DNA of 63,889 bases, the filler included, from Octopus bimaculoides (taxonomy: Eukaryota): the NCBI RefSeq assembly GCF_001194135.2. It is 6 parts of 6 records of this genome, joined end to end, with 100 filler letters (N's around TTAATTAATTAA, not from the genome) between each part and the next. Parts side by side here need not be neighbours in the genome. Positions count along the whole stretch, not along the records: positions 1 to 3,105 come from NC_069005.1; positions 3,206 to 27,549 come from NW_026329821.1; 4 more parts are not named here. One strand, 5' to 3'. The notes under the pieces were generated by a model that did no database searches, was not told where the DNA came from, and saw only the letters and a program-made list of their open reading frames with translations. Position numbers and translations under genes: made by a program. Positions 1 through 11,518 of this stretch are shown piece by piece. The first letter of the stretch is position 1, and every line of letters starts with the position of its first letter.

Positions 1-946
1 CAAGGAATTTTGCATATGCATATATACAATATATACATACATACATATATATATGCATAGACATAGATACATATATATGCATACACATATACATACACAT
101 ATATGCATACATATACATATATATATACATACACATTTATACATATACACATATTCATACATACATACAGATATATATATACATACACAGATATACATAT
201 ATATACATACACATATATATATATATACACGTACATACATATATATATATACACATATATACATATATATATACATACACTTATATACATATACACATAC
301 ACACATAGACACATACATACACATTTATAAATACATACACATAGATATACATACATATACATATATACATACACATTTACTAAATATACATGTACACATA
401 GATATTCAAATTTGTTGAAGCAAGCAGGATAAACAGAACTGAAGATTTCGTAATTTTTTAAGTGCCAACACACAGTCCCAGAGTTTTCTAAAACATTTTT
501 GAAACTAGAATATAAAAACAGGGCAACCAAAAGGTGCCAACTGGTCTGATAGTATAAAAGAAAAGAATTTTACACACATTTTGTGATGTCAGTTTACTAA
601 CCATTGATAACAATGCAATTTATGTATTACATATTAATGTGATATTACACGTTTTTTTCCCCATTTTTAAGTCTGCCTTAACAAGGATATAATAAATCCT
701 GCATGCATACGTGTGTGTATGTGTGTGTGTGTGTTGGTCCACATTTGCAAATGACTAAAAGCTTTTTTTTTTTTCTGTTGGTACATAAAAGATGTGGGAC
801 ACAAATACACATACATTCAGAAACACATACATGCATATATATGTATATACATAAATACATACATATGTATATATGCTTATACACATAATAGTATTTTTCA
901 TTGTGTTTACCTTAATCTGCTGTGCGTGTGTGTGTGTGTGTGTGTG

Positions 947-994
<48 letters not shown>

Positions 995-1422
995 CATGCA
1001 TGTGTGCATATGTATATGTGTATGAATAAATATGTACATATGTATATAAATGGGGTGTGTACAATGAATGTGAACATTGGCCTATGTATATAATAAACAA
1101 CTTGAAAATTCGTTTATTGCAAATGACAAAAAGAGATACAAACTCAGGTGTTGGGGAGGTGGGAGGGGAGTAATGGCAAGTGGACAAGGAGGAAGGAGGA
1201 GAAAAGGTAGGGCAAGAAAGGATTGGCTGGCTGTTTGAAGTGTCACCCATTGTTTGATGTACATAATGACAGCAAAATGTCCTAGGAGCGCCTTCTGCAT
1301 GGAAATGAAACCGAGAATGTATTCATGGCTCAGTTACCATACACCAAGAGAGTGAATTAAAAGTCATTTTTAACCAAATTAAATTACATCTGTAATGAGA
1401 AATCATTAAGTAACCATAGGAA

Positions 1423-1900
1423 CAGGCATAGCTGTGTGGTTAAGAAGCTTGATTGCAAATCATGAGGTCTTGGGTTCAGTACCACTGTGTGACACCTTGA
1501 GCAAGTGTCTCCTATTATAGCCTCGGGGCTGAGCAAAGCCTTGTGGGTGGATTTGATTGACAGAAACTGAAAATTGATTGATTGATTGTATGTATGTATG
1601 TATGTATGTATGTATGTATGTATGTATGTATGTATGTATGTATGTATGTATGTATGTATGTATATCTATCTATCTGTCTATCTATGTGCCAATACATACA
1701 AACACATGATTGTGTGGTAAGGAGCTTGCTTTTTACATCCCCCATAACTTTGTGGTTAGGCAAAAGGGACCAACAGCATAAGTACAAGACTTTAAAAAAA
1801 AAGAAGTACCGGAGTTGATTTGTTTTGACTAAACCCTAAGCCTTTAAGGCAGTGCCCCAGTATGACCGTAGTCCAATGAGCGAAACAAGTAAAAGAAAGA
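1423..1900 (+). mobile_element. SINE family A, degenerate copy with internal (TATG)n
   Basis: tRNA-like head GCTGTGTGGTTAAGAAGCTTG...GGTTCAGTACCACTG, then ACCTTGAGCAAGTGTC, an internal microsatellite and a decayed 3' part ending GAAACAAGTAAAAGA, matching other copies in the window. Confidence 0.75.
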
Positions 1901-2845
1901 AAGGTAAAAAAAAAATAAGCTCAATGAAAATTACTCTGAAAAGGGTAAAGGGAGATAATTCCCATGTTTTCATTGGTGTCTGAGTGGTCTGTGGGTATCT
2001 TGGCAGTTTTGTGAATGAAAGCCTAAGTGGACAACAGCATAGAATATTTTGCCCGAGATTCAAGCTTGCCCAAGGCCTAACTAAAACTGGGGTCATGCAT
2101 AGCTGTGTGGTTAAGAAGATTTCTTTGCAACCATATGACTTTGAGTTCAATCCTGTTGCACAGTACCTTGGGCAAGGTGGTTTTTTTTTTACTATGGTCC
2201 TGGGCAGAAGACCAGGGCCCAGTTCACACTGCTTGTCAACCAGTGTTGGTTTGTTTACATCATTATAACTTAGAAGTTCAGCAAAGGGAACTGATAGAAT
2301 AAATACTAGACTTAAAAAAGGAAAACGTGTCCTGGAGTCATTTTGTTCAACTAAACCCCCTTTTAGGTGGTGCTCCAGCATGGCCACAGACCAATGACTG
2401 AAACGAGGAAAATATGTAACAGATGGTGTGATGGTGGTGGGAATGAGTCCGATCTGTAGTTGCTATGGTGACAACTCCATCCTGATATGATTTGGTCCGA
2501 GTTGGAAGTAATTGATAGCTTGTTACCTAGGCAACCTAATCACTTCTGCAGGCGGGTGCTATGAAAGCAAAGGCGAAAGCCCAACTAAGAGCAAAATGGG
2601 ATAATTTCAGGGAGCTGTTAGCTCTCCCAGCAACAACGGGATTCTGCCGTCGGACAAAGGGTAGACTGTATGGTCCTTGTGTATGAAATGTGATGCTGCT
2701 ACAATTAGGAAATGTGAGCAGCAAACACAATGGAGGTGTGAAAGTGAAAGTAGAATGAAACAAGCCTACTCTGTTGTTGCATATGTATATTTCAGTATGT
2801 ACAAGCGACAAGGTACAAATGAGCTGAGCTACAAACACTATGTGC

Positions 2846-2880
<35 letters not shown>

Positions 2881-2884
2881 CTCA

Positions 2885-3066
2885 CTCACTGTTTCAGTCA
2901 TTTGACTGCGGCCATGCTGGAGCACCACCTTTAGTCAAGCAAACCGACTCCAGGACTTATTCTTTGTAAGCCTAGTACTTATTCTGTCGGACTCTTTTGC
3001 CGAACCGCTAAGTTACGGGGACGTAAACACACCAGCATCGGTTGTCAAACGATGTTGGGGGGACAA

Positions 3067-3105
<39 letters not shown>
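2885..3105 (-). mobile_element. SINE family A, 3' half, cut by assembly spacer
   Basis: Reverse complement of the family A tail (GTTTCAGTCATTTGACTGCGGCCATGCTGGAGCACC...GCCGAACCGCTAAGTTACGGGGACGTAAACAC). Confidence 0.85.
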
Positions 3106-3205
3106 NNNNNNNNNNNNNNNNNNNNNNNNNNNNNNNNNNNNNNNNNNNNTTAATTAATTAANNNNNNNNNNNNNNNNNNNNNNNNNNNNNNNNNNNNNNN
3201 NNNNN
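3106..3205. other. Artificial scaffold spacer (44 N + TTAATTAATTAA + 44 N)
   Basis: Linker at 3150-3161 has stops in all six frames; identical 100-bp layout recurs four more times. Confidence 0.95.
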
Positions 3206-3642
3206 ACCCCTTGACCATAATGGCCCATGTAGATCTTCTCTTCGCTGTTTAAGGACTTGAGCAAACTTCCCAGTTCCTGGCCCTTTATAAACGCGTCGTC
3301 GTCAGCACGGATGAAATATTCGTATTTATCGGCATGGTTCTCGTGTAGATACTTCAGCATCTCGAATACTTTGCCCTGAGGCGGGTAGACGTTGTCTGGT
3401 ACGCGATTCAGCCTCACTAAGGGCATCCCGGGAGGGGCCGGGTCTGTGGTGTTGCCGACGAAGAAGACCACATCGCCAGGGATCGATTTCAGCCACGTCA
3501 TTCGGATGGCCCAGTCTCGGGTTTCGAAGTACTGCGAACTCGTCATGACGCCGACCAGAACAAGTTTTTTCTTGGGACCCGGATTGAATTGGAAATCTCC
3601 GAGTTCTTCGAGGAAAGGCTCAATCGGGACCTTTGCGATATT
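3206..3642 (-). CDS. Chondroitin sulfate synthase-like gene A, GT31/Fringe-like exon, truncated by spacer
   Basis: Acceptor TCTTTCAG|AAT at 3642, phase 0. Translation includes LVLVGVMTSSQYFETR, TWLKSIPGDVVFF, DNVYPPQGKVFEMLKYLHE, KYEYFIRADDDAFIKG and IYMGHYGQG, collinear with the remembered CHSY1 N-domain (FVGVMTAQKYLQTR...YPPQKK...WFMRADDDVYIKG). Confidence 0.92.
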
Positions 3643-3749
3643 CTGAAAGAGTACAAGAGGGGAAAAAAAAGTCATTATCGTAGTCAACATCATCATCATC
3701 ATCATCATCATCATTATTGTCATCATCACTACCATCACCATCATCATTG

Positions 3750-3785
<36 letters not shown>

Positions 3786-3931
3786 CCACCACCACCACCA
3801 CTACCTCAATCCTTTCTATATTAACCAAAATGAAGTAGATTGACAAATTTATTTTTTGAACCAGTTGAAGTTACACAAGATGTCGAAATATCGTTCACTA
3901 GATAACATTGGCACTCTTCTTTTAATTTTGA

Positions 3932-3971
<40 letters not shown>

Positions 3972-4320
3972 ATACATATANNNNNNNNNNNNNNNNNNNN
4001 NNNNNNNNNNNNNNNNNNNNNNNNNNNNNNNNNNNNNNNNNNNNNNNNNNNNNNNNNNNNNNNNNNNNNNNNNNNNNNNNNNNNNNNNNNNNNNNNNNNN
4101 NNNNNNNNNNNNNNNNNNNNNNNNNNNNNNNNNNNNNNNNNNNNNNNNNNNNNNNNNNNNNNNNNNNNNNNNNNNNNNNNNNNNNNNNNNNNNNNNNNNN
4201 NNNNNNNNNNNNNNNNNNNNNNNNNNNNNNNNNTTATTTATTTATGTGCGTGTGTGTCTATCTATCTATCTATCTATCTATCTATTTATCTACCTCTATG
4301 TATGTATGTATGTATGTATG

Positions 4321-4381
<61 letters not shown>

Positions 4382-4387
4382 GCATTT

Positions 4388-5069
4388 GTAATGGGCAGGA
4401 ACAAAGAGCCAACGTGAAAATTTGCGTTAAACTTGGGAAGTCTGCTTCAAAGACATTGAGTCTGCTTCAGAAAGCTTAAAGAAACGAGATAATAGTTCGT
4501 ACGCAATTTTTCGTTTGGTATTGATGCTTCAAAAGCGAATGAACGTTCCTTGAAGACGATGATTGATCTGGGTGACCCACCACGAGCCCCACCCTTGGAA
4601 GTGTGGTATTGTGTATGGAGAATTCATGCCCCAGGGTCAGACCGTCAATGAACGTTTTGAAGCATTTGAGGGAGAACATTCGGTGAAAGCAACCGGATCT
4701 GCGAAGCACGAAGAATTGGATTCTTCAACGATTCCTCCTCAATCTATTGAGTTTCTCGTCAAAAAAGAACATGGTATAACTTCCACATCCACCCTGTTCA
4801 CCAGATTTAGTGCCCACGGACTTCCATCTCTTCCCCAAGATAAGAATGCAGCTCAACACCATTGTCAAGATCTTGAGTGAATCACAGAAGGTCTTCCACT
4901 CGCTTACGGAAAACGACTTCCAGGCCAGATTCTAAAAGTGGCAGGAACACCGGGACGGGTGTATTGCTGCGCAAGGTGACTATTTCAAAGAAGATGATGT
5001 TAAAGCGAAGGTAAATAAGTTATTTTGTTATTAAACATTACTAGTCTGGGAAGCTTTTGATACCACCTC

Positions 5070-5072
<3 letters not shown>
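4388..5072 (+). mobile_element. Mariner transposon relic, internally deleted
   Basis: EQRANVKICVKLGKSASKTLSLLQKA (mariner N-terminus) and GIVYGEFMPQGQTVN with stops and frameshifts. 3' end CTTTTGATACCACCTCG followed by TA at 5071-5072 resembles a mariner TIR plus TSD. Confidence 0.85.
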
Positions 5073-5103
<31 letters not shown>

Positions 5104-5510
5104 TTATACACAAACATGCACATACAGATAAGTACATGCATACATACACACATAGTCAAATGCACATAGATATATGGGAGAATGTACGAAAAAAAACAAC
5201 AACAGACGAGGACAGGTGGTGCAAACAACAAAAGGATGTATTAGTTTAACGCTCGGGAATAGAGAAAGTCTTTAACGTTTCGAGCTACGCTCTTCAACAG
5301 AAAGAATACGGAGAAAACAAGGAGAAAAACACGGAGAAAAAAAATTGAATGGTGTTTGGTCAACGATCTATCATGGCTTCTGCGGCACATAGATATAAAT
5401 AGATGCAAAGAATAAAAATGATAAAAGAGAAAAGAATTATATGAAATTGAATTTCACATGAAATGAAAGAGAAAAAGATGGGGAAGTAACGACAAAAATG
5501 AAGTACTTAC

Positions 5511-5967
5511 TTGATTTTGTGTGTTGGAAGTTACGTCTAGACATTTCATATCGAAACATGTGTAGCATATCGACGTTGTCATTTGCATTCCAGCAAATAT
5601 ACTGATAACGAAAACTAAGACATCAGTAATTAATTTTTCTCTTCTCCTCATTTTCTTATTTATGATTTTCTTATTTGTTGGCAATGCATAGGCATCCGTA
5701 AATTTTGACTTGTTATCACAGAAGATATCGCCGGCTTTCCTCTTCGCTATGCTGCCAATGTAAGAATGGGTAAGAAAATAGCTTCTGTTGAGATTGATGT
5801 TGGCGGGGGTGGTGTATCCGACACAGTTGCTGATGTCATCGTTTTTTACACCAGTGTAGTCACTTGGTTGACTGTTAGCTGAAAGTGCTGCAGATATTTC
5901 GTCAGCACCTGCAGGAGATAATGGTGTTACTGTTGTGTCATGTGCTTGACAATGCTGAGAATGGTTC
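5511..5967 (-). CDS. CHSY-like gene A, exon with N-terminal tail and type II signal anchor
   Basis: Donor CAA|GTAAGT at 5511, phase 0, matches the 3642 acceptor. Basic MRRREK then hydrophobic LITDVLVFVISIFAGMQMTT. Frame is open from candidate acceptor TACAG|G at 5967 (phase 2). Internal ATG at 5651 is an alternative start. Confidence 0.75.
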
Positions 5968-6589
5968 CTGTATCGATTCAGTGGTTTGTTGAGATATTGG
6001 GCATCATTTAATAAGTTCAAACACCAAGATATTTTTTGTTTCGAAGTTTGGAGAAATGTTTTAAAATTTGTTGTCGTTGTTGTTGTTGGTGGTGATTCAA
6101 TTCATGGAAATTTTGTTGTTTTTTTTAATAATTTTTAATTTTGCATTTTTCGATTTTGGTAGAAAAAAATGTGGGGGAAAAATTGAAAAAGAAAAAAAAG
6201 AAACAAAATGAGTGAGAAAGAAAGACGGAGATATAAAATGAATTAATTAATATGATTATTAATAATTAATAATTAACAAAATATTGGTTTCGAATTTTGG
6301 CACAAGACCAGCATTTTCAGGAGAAGGGGTAAGTCAACTGGTACTTATTTTATCGACCATGGAAAAATGAAAAGTAAAATACGACGTCGTCATAAGCGAC
6401 GGAGTGCCAACAACAACTATATTCATCCTCATTCTCTTTTTGATGTCAGGTTCCATAAATCTTTTCAAATTAAGCTGAAATCTGATATCAGAAACTATAG
6501 GAGCTTTAAAAATAGGTTCGTACTTGATGATAAGACCAATAACCTGTATAGAATTGCTAAATGACACCATTTCCACCAAATATAAAATG

Positions 6590-6990
6590 GCCAACATAGA
6601 CAGGCACAATGGTATTAATATTCAGGCTAAATTCCATGCTAAACGTAATAAAATCGACAATAGATTAGAATGCTTAGGAAAAAGGGAAGCTTTTACTGCT
6701 TGAAAGGACCATAAACCTAATTTAGGTAGTAACTTGTAGATTGTTAAACCCAGCGAGGACTGAAATGGGCCAGAAGCTAAAAAAATATTAAGAAACATTG
6801 ATAACAAAATTAGAGAGACCACTAGGCGACAACAATAAAATAATAGTTTTACTGTAATAAATTGGTTCAAAAACATTAAGAATAAACGTAGGGTTAGATT
6901 TATTCAGTTTGACATTATAAATTTTTACCCTCCATATTAAGATTGCTGCTTGATAAAGCCATCGAGTTTGTTAAATCATATGTTGATGCA
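6590..6990 (+). mobile_element. Penelope-like element reverse transcriptase relic
   Basis: Reads REAFTA*KDHKPNL...KKILRNIDNKIRETT...VINWFKNIKNK...FIQFDIINFYP, matching remembered Penelope RT motifs (KDHKPNF; WFKNI; FIQFDIVDFYP), with stops. Confidence 0.75.
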
Positions 6991-7032
6991 GATCCTGTAG
7001 ACGAAGACTTTATCAAAGATGAAAAAAAATGT

Positions 7033-7210
7033 CGGCTGTGTGTTAAGTAGCTTGCTTACCAACCATGTGGTTCTGGGTTCATTCCCACTGCGTGACACCT
7101 TGGGCAAGTGTCTTCTACTATAGCCTTGGGCTGACCAAACCCTTGTGAGTGGATTTGGTAGACGGAAACTGAAAGAAGCCCGTCGTATATATATATATAT
7201 ATATATATAT
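7033..7210 (+). mobile_element. SINE family A, 5' half
   Basis: GGCTGTGTGTTAAGTAGCTTGCTTACCAACCATGTGGTTCTGGGTTCATTCCCACTGCGTGACACCTTGGGCAAGTGTCTTC, running into (AT)n and a gap. Confidence 0.85.
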
Positions 7211-7634
7211 NNNNNNNNNNNNNNNNNNNNNNNNNNNNNNNNNNNNNNNNNNNNNNNNNNNNNNNNNNNNNNNNNNNNNNNNNNNNNNNNNNNNNNNNNN
7301 NNNNNNNNNNNNNNNNNNNNNNNNNNNNNNNNNNNNNNNNNNNNNNNNNNNNNNNNNNNNNNNNNNNNNNNNNNNNNNNNNNNNNNNNNNNNNNNNNNNN
7401 NNNNNNNNNNATTTCTAAGTCTCTCTAAAGGAGACTACGGCAGCGGTACTGGAAATTAATAGTTATCGCCAAGCCATCATGGCAGTCCCAAAATTAGGAC
7501 GAAAGCTGCCGTGAATTAGCTCCAAGAAGCCATCGCCTCTAGCTAGCTATGTGACACACGAAACCTGTGTCCTTTATAACCTTCGAACATATATATATGT
7601 AGGTGTGTGTATATGTTTGGGTGTCTGTGTATGA

Positions 7635-7792
7635 ATCATCATCATCATCATCATCGTTTAACGTCCGCTTTCCATGCTAGCATGGGTTGGACGATTTGAC
7701 TGAGGATTGGTGAAACCGGATGGCAACACCAGGCTCCAGTCTGATTTGGCAGAGTTTCTACAGCTGGATGCCCTTCCTAACGCCAACCACTC
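7635..7792 (-). mobile_element. Family D retroposon 3' end with (GAT)n tail
   Basis: Reverse complement of GTGGTTGGCGTTAGGAAGGGCATCCAGCTGTAGAAAC...CATGGAAAGCGGACGTTAAACGATGATGAT; about eight related copies in the window. Confidence 0.75.
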
Positions 7793-7819
7793 ATGTATGT
7801 ATGTATGTATGTTTGTATA

Positions 7820-8120
7820 TATGTTGTTATTTAGTTTTATTTCAAGATTTCATGCCAATAGAGAAATAGCTGGTTTCTAGCCTATTTTCAACAACCTCAA
7901 GAGGGTATTTTGTATGTATGTATGTAATTATTCTGTTTATTTCAAGATTTCTTGCCAATAGAGAAAGAACCGGTTTCTAACCTAGATCCAAGGGTCCTTC
8001 ATTGGAATTTCAACATCAACAACAAGGTATTTTTGTTTATATGTATGTATGTATGTGCAGATTTGTATGTTTTATGTACGTATTCTCATGCATATAGCTA
8101 CATATCTAGACATGCTCATA
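7820..8120 (-). mobile_element. 3' UTR fragment of the RLE retrotransposon seen at 47490-47799, with partly duplicated end
   Basis: 8020-8115 is the reverse complement of 47690-47799 (GAGCATGTCTAGATATGTA...AAAAATACCTTGTTGTTGATG), which directly follows the RLE ORF stop. It ends in (TATG)n. Confidence 0.65.
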
Positions 8121-8549
8121 TACAGGCAATTAAAAAATAAACAAGGCATACTTTGTTTTATGTGTTCCTTGTTTTTTTTCTTTTTTTTCTTTTTTGTCTT
8201 TTTGGAAAATCAGGGTGGGATGCCTTTGATTGGGGATCTTCTCATTTAGGGGTACAGGGGTTTATTGAGTCCCACAACAAAAAAAAGCCAAATATAAACA
8301 ACAAAATAACTATCAAGAATTTATATTTTGAGAAGCTGGTGGTCCATTGTATACATACATACATACATACATACATACACATATACACACATGCATGCAC
8401 GCACACACACACACACACATACATATATGCATGTATATAGCCATATATATGTATACACAAGCATACACACATATATTTATATATATATATATATACACGC
8501 ATATGCATATATATATATATGTATATATACATGTGTGTGTATGTGTATA

Positions 8550-8589
<40 letters not shown>

Positions 8590-9214
8590 TGTGTGTGTAT
8601 GTATATATATATATATATATATATATGCACATATATACTTATATATTGATTATATCCATATATGTATGTATANNNNNNNNNNNNNNNNNNNNNNNNNNNN
8701 NNNNNNNNNNNNNNNNNNNNNNNNNNNNNNNNNNNNNNNNNNNNNNNNNNNNNNNNNNNNNNNNNNNNNNNNNNNNNNNNNNNNNNNNNNNNNNNNNNNN
8801 NNNNNNNNNNNNNNNNNNNNNNNNNNNNNNNNNNNNNNNNNNNNNNNNNNNNNNNNNNNNNNNNNNNNNNNNNNNNNNNNNNNNNNNNNNNNNNNNNNNN
8901 NNNNNNNNNNNNNNNNNNNNNNNNNNNNNNNNNNNNNNNNNNNNNNNNNNNNNNNNNNNNNNNNNNNNNNNNNNNNNNNNNNNNNNNNNNNNNNNNNNNN
9001 NNNNNNNNNNNNNNNNNNNNNNNNNNNNNNNNNNNNNNNNNNNNNNNNNNNNNNNNNNNNNNNNNNNNNNNNNNNNNNNNNNNNNNNNNNNNNNNNNNNN
9101 NNNNNNNNNNNNNNNNNNNNNNNNNNNNNNNNNNNNNNNNNNNNNNNNNNAATGGTGGGTTTATGGGAGCTGAAAACATTAAAAAGAAACCAACTTATCA
9201 AAAATTTTACTCAC

Positions 9215-9222
9215 CGATACAT
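9215..9222 (-). CDS. CHSY-like gene A, predicted first coding exon (ATG TAT CG)
   Basis: Minus strand CAACAATGTATCG|GTGAGT: A at -3, consensus donor, phase 2. Joining to 5967 gives M-Y-R-N-H-S-Q in frame with the signal-anchor exon. Confidence 0.6.
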
Positions 9223-9572
9223 TGTTGTTGTTGTTCTTGTTGTTGTTGATGTTACAGTAATTAAAGGAGAGAAACTTCAGACGTTGATGACCATCACCAA
9301 AGAGGAGAGGCAAACGCAGAGACAGTTGGGGCAGCGATGGTAAGTATGACTAGATTTCCTGGATGGCAGCATAAAAGCCTTCGTTTAATAAGGGTGGATG
9401 TACGGGTGGGTGCAAGCGTTTGTTCGTGGGTTTATGTATGAATGTATGAACATATGCAGGAGTGCGTGTGTGTGTGTATGAATGAATACATGAATATAAA
9501 TATATATACATAACATATATAAATAAATATACATGTGCATGTACATACATGTATATATATATGTATATATAT

Positions 9573-9610
<38 letters not shown>

Positions 9611-9682
9611 TGATAGATAGATAGATAGATAGATAGATTCTTTATACATAAATATTATAGTCTATGTACACTTGTATATACC

Positions 9683-9753
<71 letters not shown>

Positions 9754-10874
9754 GTATACATATATTTTAATATTTCACTTAGGCATAGCAAAACTTGTGT
9801 ATGTGTGTGTGTGGCGTATATGCGTAAGAAGAAAATAAAATAAGATTTTAAAACAATCCCAGGTAGATATATGTATATATGTCAACGTTATAGCAGAATA
9901 AAAATATGGGTAGGTAGGTAAGTAACTAGTGTTTAGTCAAGCTGTAATAGTCTTATATTAACTTACTTATATATCTGTACAACACATACGGAGAGACTAA
10001 TGCTGCTAAGAAGTTGAAATCTGCAGAGATCAATGAATTATTGTGACACACTTCGAGTAGTTTTACCTGTGTAAACGCTTATTTCTTTTACCTGTGAACA
10101 GCTCGACTGATACATTACTCACAAACAATCAGCGTTTAGTCAGCTGTGAACATCTATGCTTTTTATTCGCTGCCGTTGAAATCTGTGTTTTGGACTAGGA
10201 AGTCAATCAGCCTGTTGTTGGTAATGTGCCTGTTGTTGTGCACCAAATTCAACCGTGTTTTTTTTTTTTACTGTAGATTAACACACACATACACACACAC
10301 ATATATATATATATATATANNNNNNNNNNNNNNNNNNNNNNNNNNNNNNNNNNNNNNNNNNNNNNNNNNNNNNNNNNNNNNNNNNNNNNNNNNNNNNNNN
10401 NNNNNNNNNNNNNNNNNNNNNNNNNNNNNNNNNNNNNNNNNNNNNNNNNNNNNNNNNNNNNNNNNNNNNNNNNNNNNNNNNNNNNNNNNNNNNNNNNNNN
10501 NNNNNNNNNNNNNNNNNNNNNNNNNNNNNNNNNNNNNNNNNNNNNNNNNNNNNNNNNNNNNNNNNNNNNNNNNNNNNNNNNNNNNNNNNNNNNNNNNNNN
10601 NNNNNNNNNNNNNNNNNNNNNNNNNNNNNNNNNNNNNNNNNNNNNNNNNNNNNNNNNNNNNNNNNNNNNNNNNNNNNNNNNNNNNNNNNNNNNNNNNNNN
10701 NNNNNNNNNNNNNNNNNNNNNNNNNNNNNNNNNNNNNNNNNNNNNNNNNNNNNNNNNNNNNNNNNNNNNNNNNNNNNNNNNNNNNNNNNNNNNNNNNNNN
10801 NNNNCCAGCATGGAAAGCGGACGTTAAACGATGAGGATAATGATGATGATGATATATATATACATATATGTATG

Positions 10875-10965
<91 letters not shown>

Positions 10966-11214
10966 GTATGTGAAAATTATAAGGGTAGAAAATTTAGAAA
11001 AATTTTCATACAGAAACTCGAGTTTGTGATTAACTGTAAATAATCGTTGTTTTCATTCTCCTTGGGATTACTCTTTTTCATGGTTTGGGTTTGGCTGCCC
11101 TCTCTAGCATGTAAGGCACCCTGTAAAGGGTCGCCTCTTTGTGTATAAATACTATACACTTTTAAATATATGAAAATATGTAGTCTATTGACTTTCATTA
11201 TGCATGCTAACCAT

Positions 11215-11518
11215 CCCTGTCACATTCTGTGTCACATTAAATCTCCTCTAGAGCTACGTTAAGCATACATGTGTCTGTGGAGTGCTCAGCCACTCACGCG
11301 TTAATTTCATGAGCAGGCTGTTCCATTGACCAGATCAACTGGGACACACATTGTCATTACCGATGGAGGCCCCAGTTATTTCAAGTTCATCCCAGTCCAC
11401 TCAGCTGGCAAAAATGAATTGTACCTGTAATTCAAAAGGGGCCAGCCATGATATATACTGTGCCAAGTTCAATCTCCTTGAGAACAACGTTAAAGATACG
11501 CATGTATGTGGAGTACTC
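11215..11518 (+). mobile_element. Two tandem decayed SINE family B 3' fragments
   Basis: Two copies of the CTACGTTAAG...GTGGAGTGCTCAGC motif shared with full copies at 32255 and 54623. Confidence 0.7.

Noticed and set aside
53-1093. His/Ile/Tyr/Thr-rich ORFs such as [12 protein letters not shown], and the many similar ORFs elsewhere
   Set aside because: Translations of (AT)n/(AC)n/(TATG)n microsatellites, open in several frames, with no splice or domain support.
3392-3843. Plus-strand ORFs including a poly-His tail
   Set aside because: Antisense shadow of the CHSY-A exon plus an intronic (CAT)n repeat.
5968-6105. TTG start at 6020, or a frameshifted ATG at 6105, for CHSY-A
   Set aside because: The AG-free zone and the phase-matched exon at 9222-9215 explain the open frame more simply; not fully excluded.
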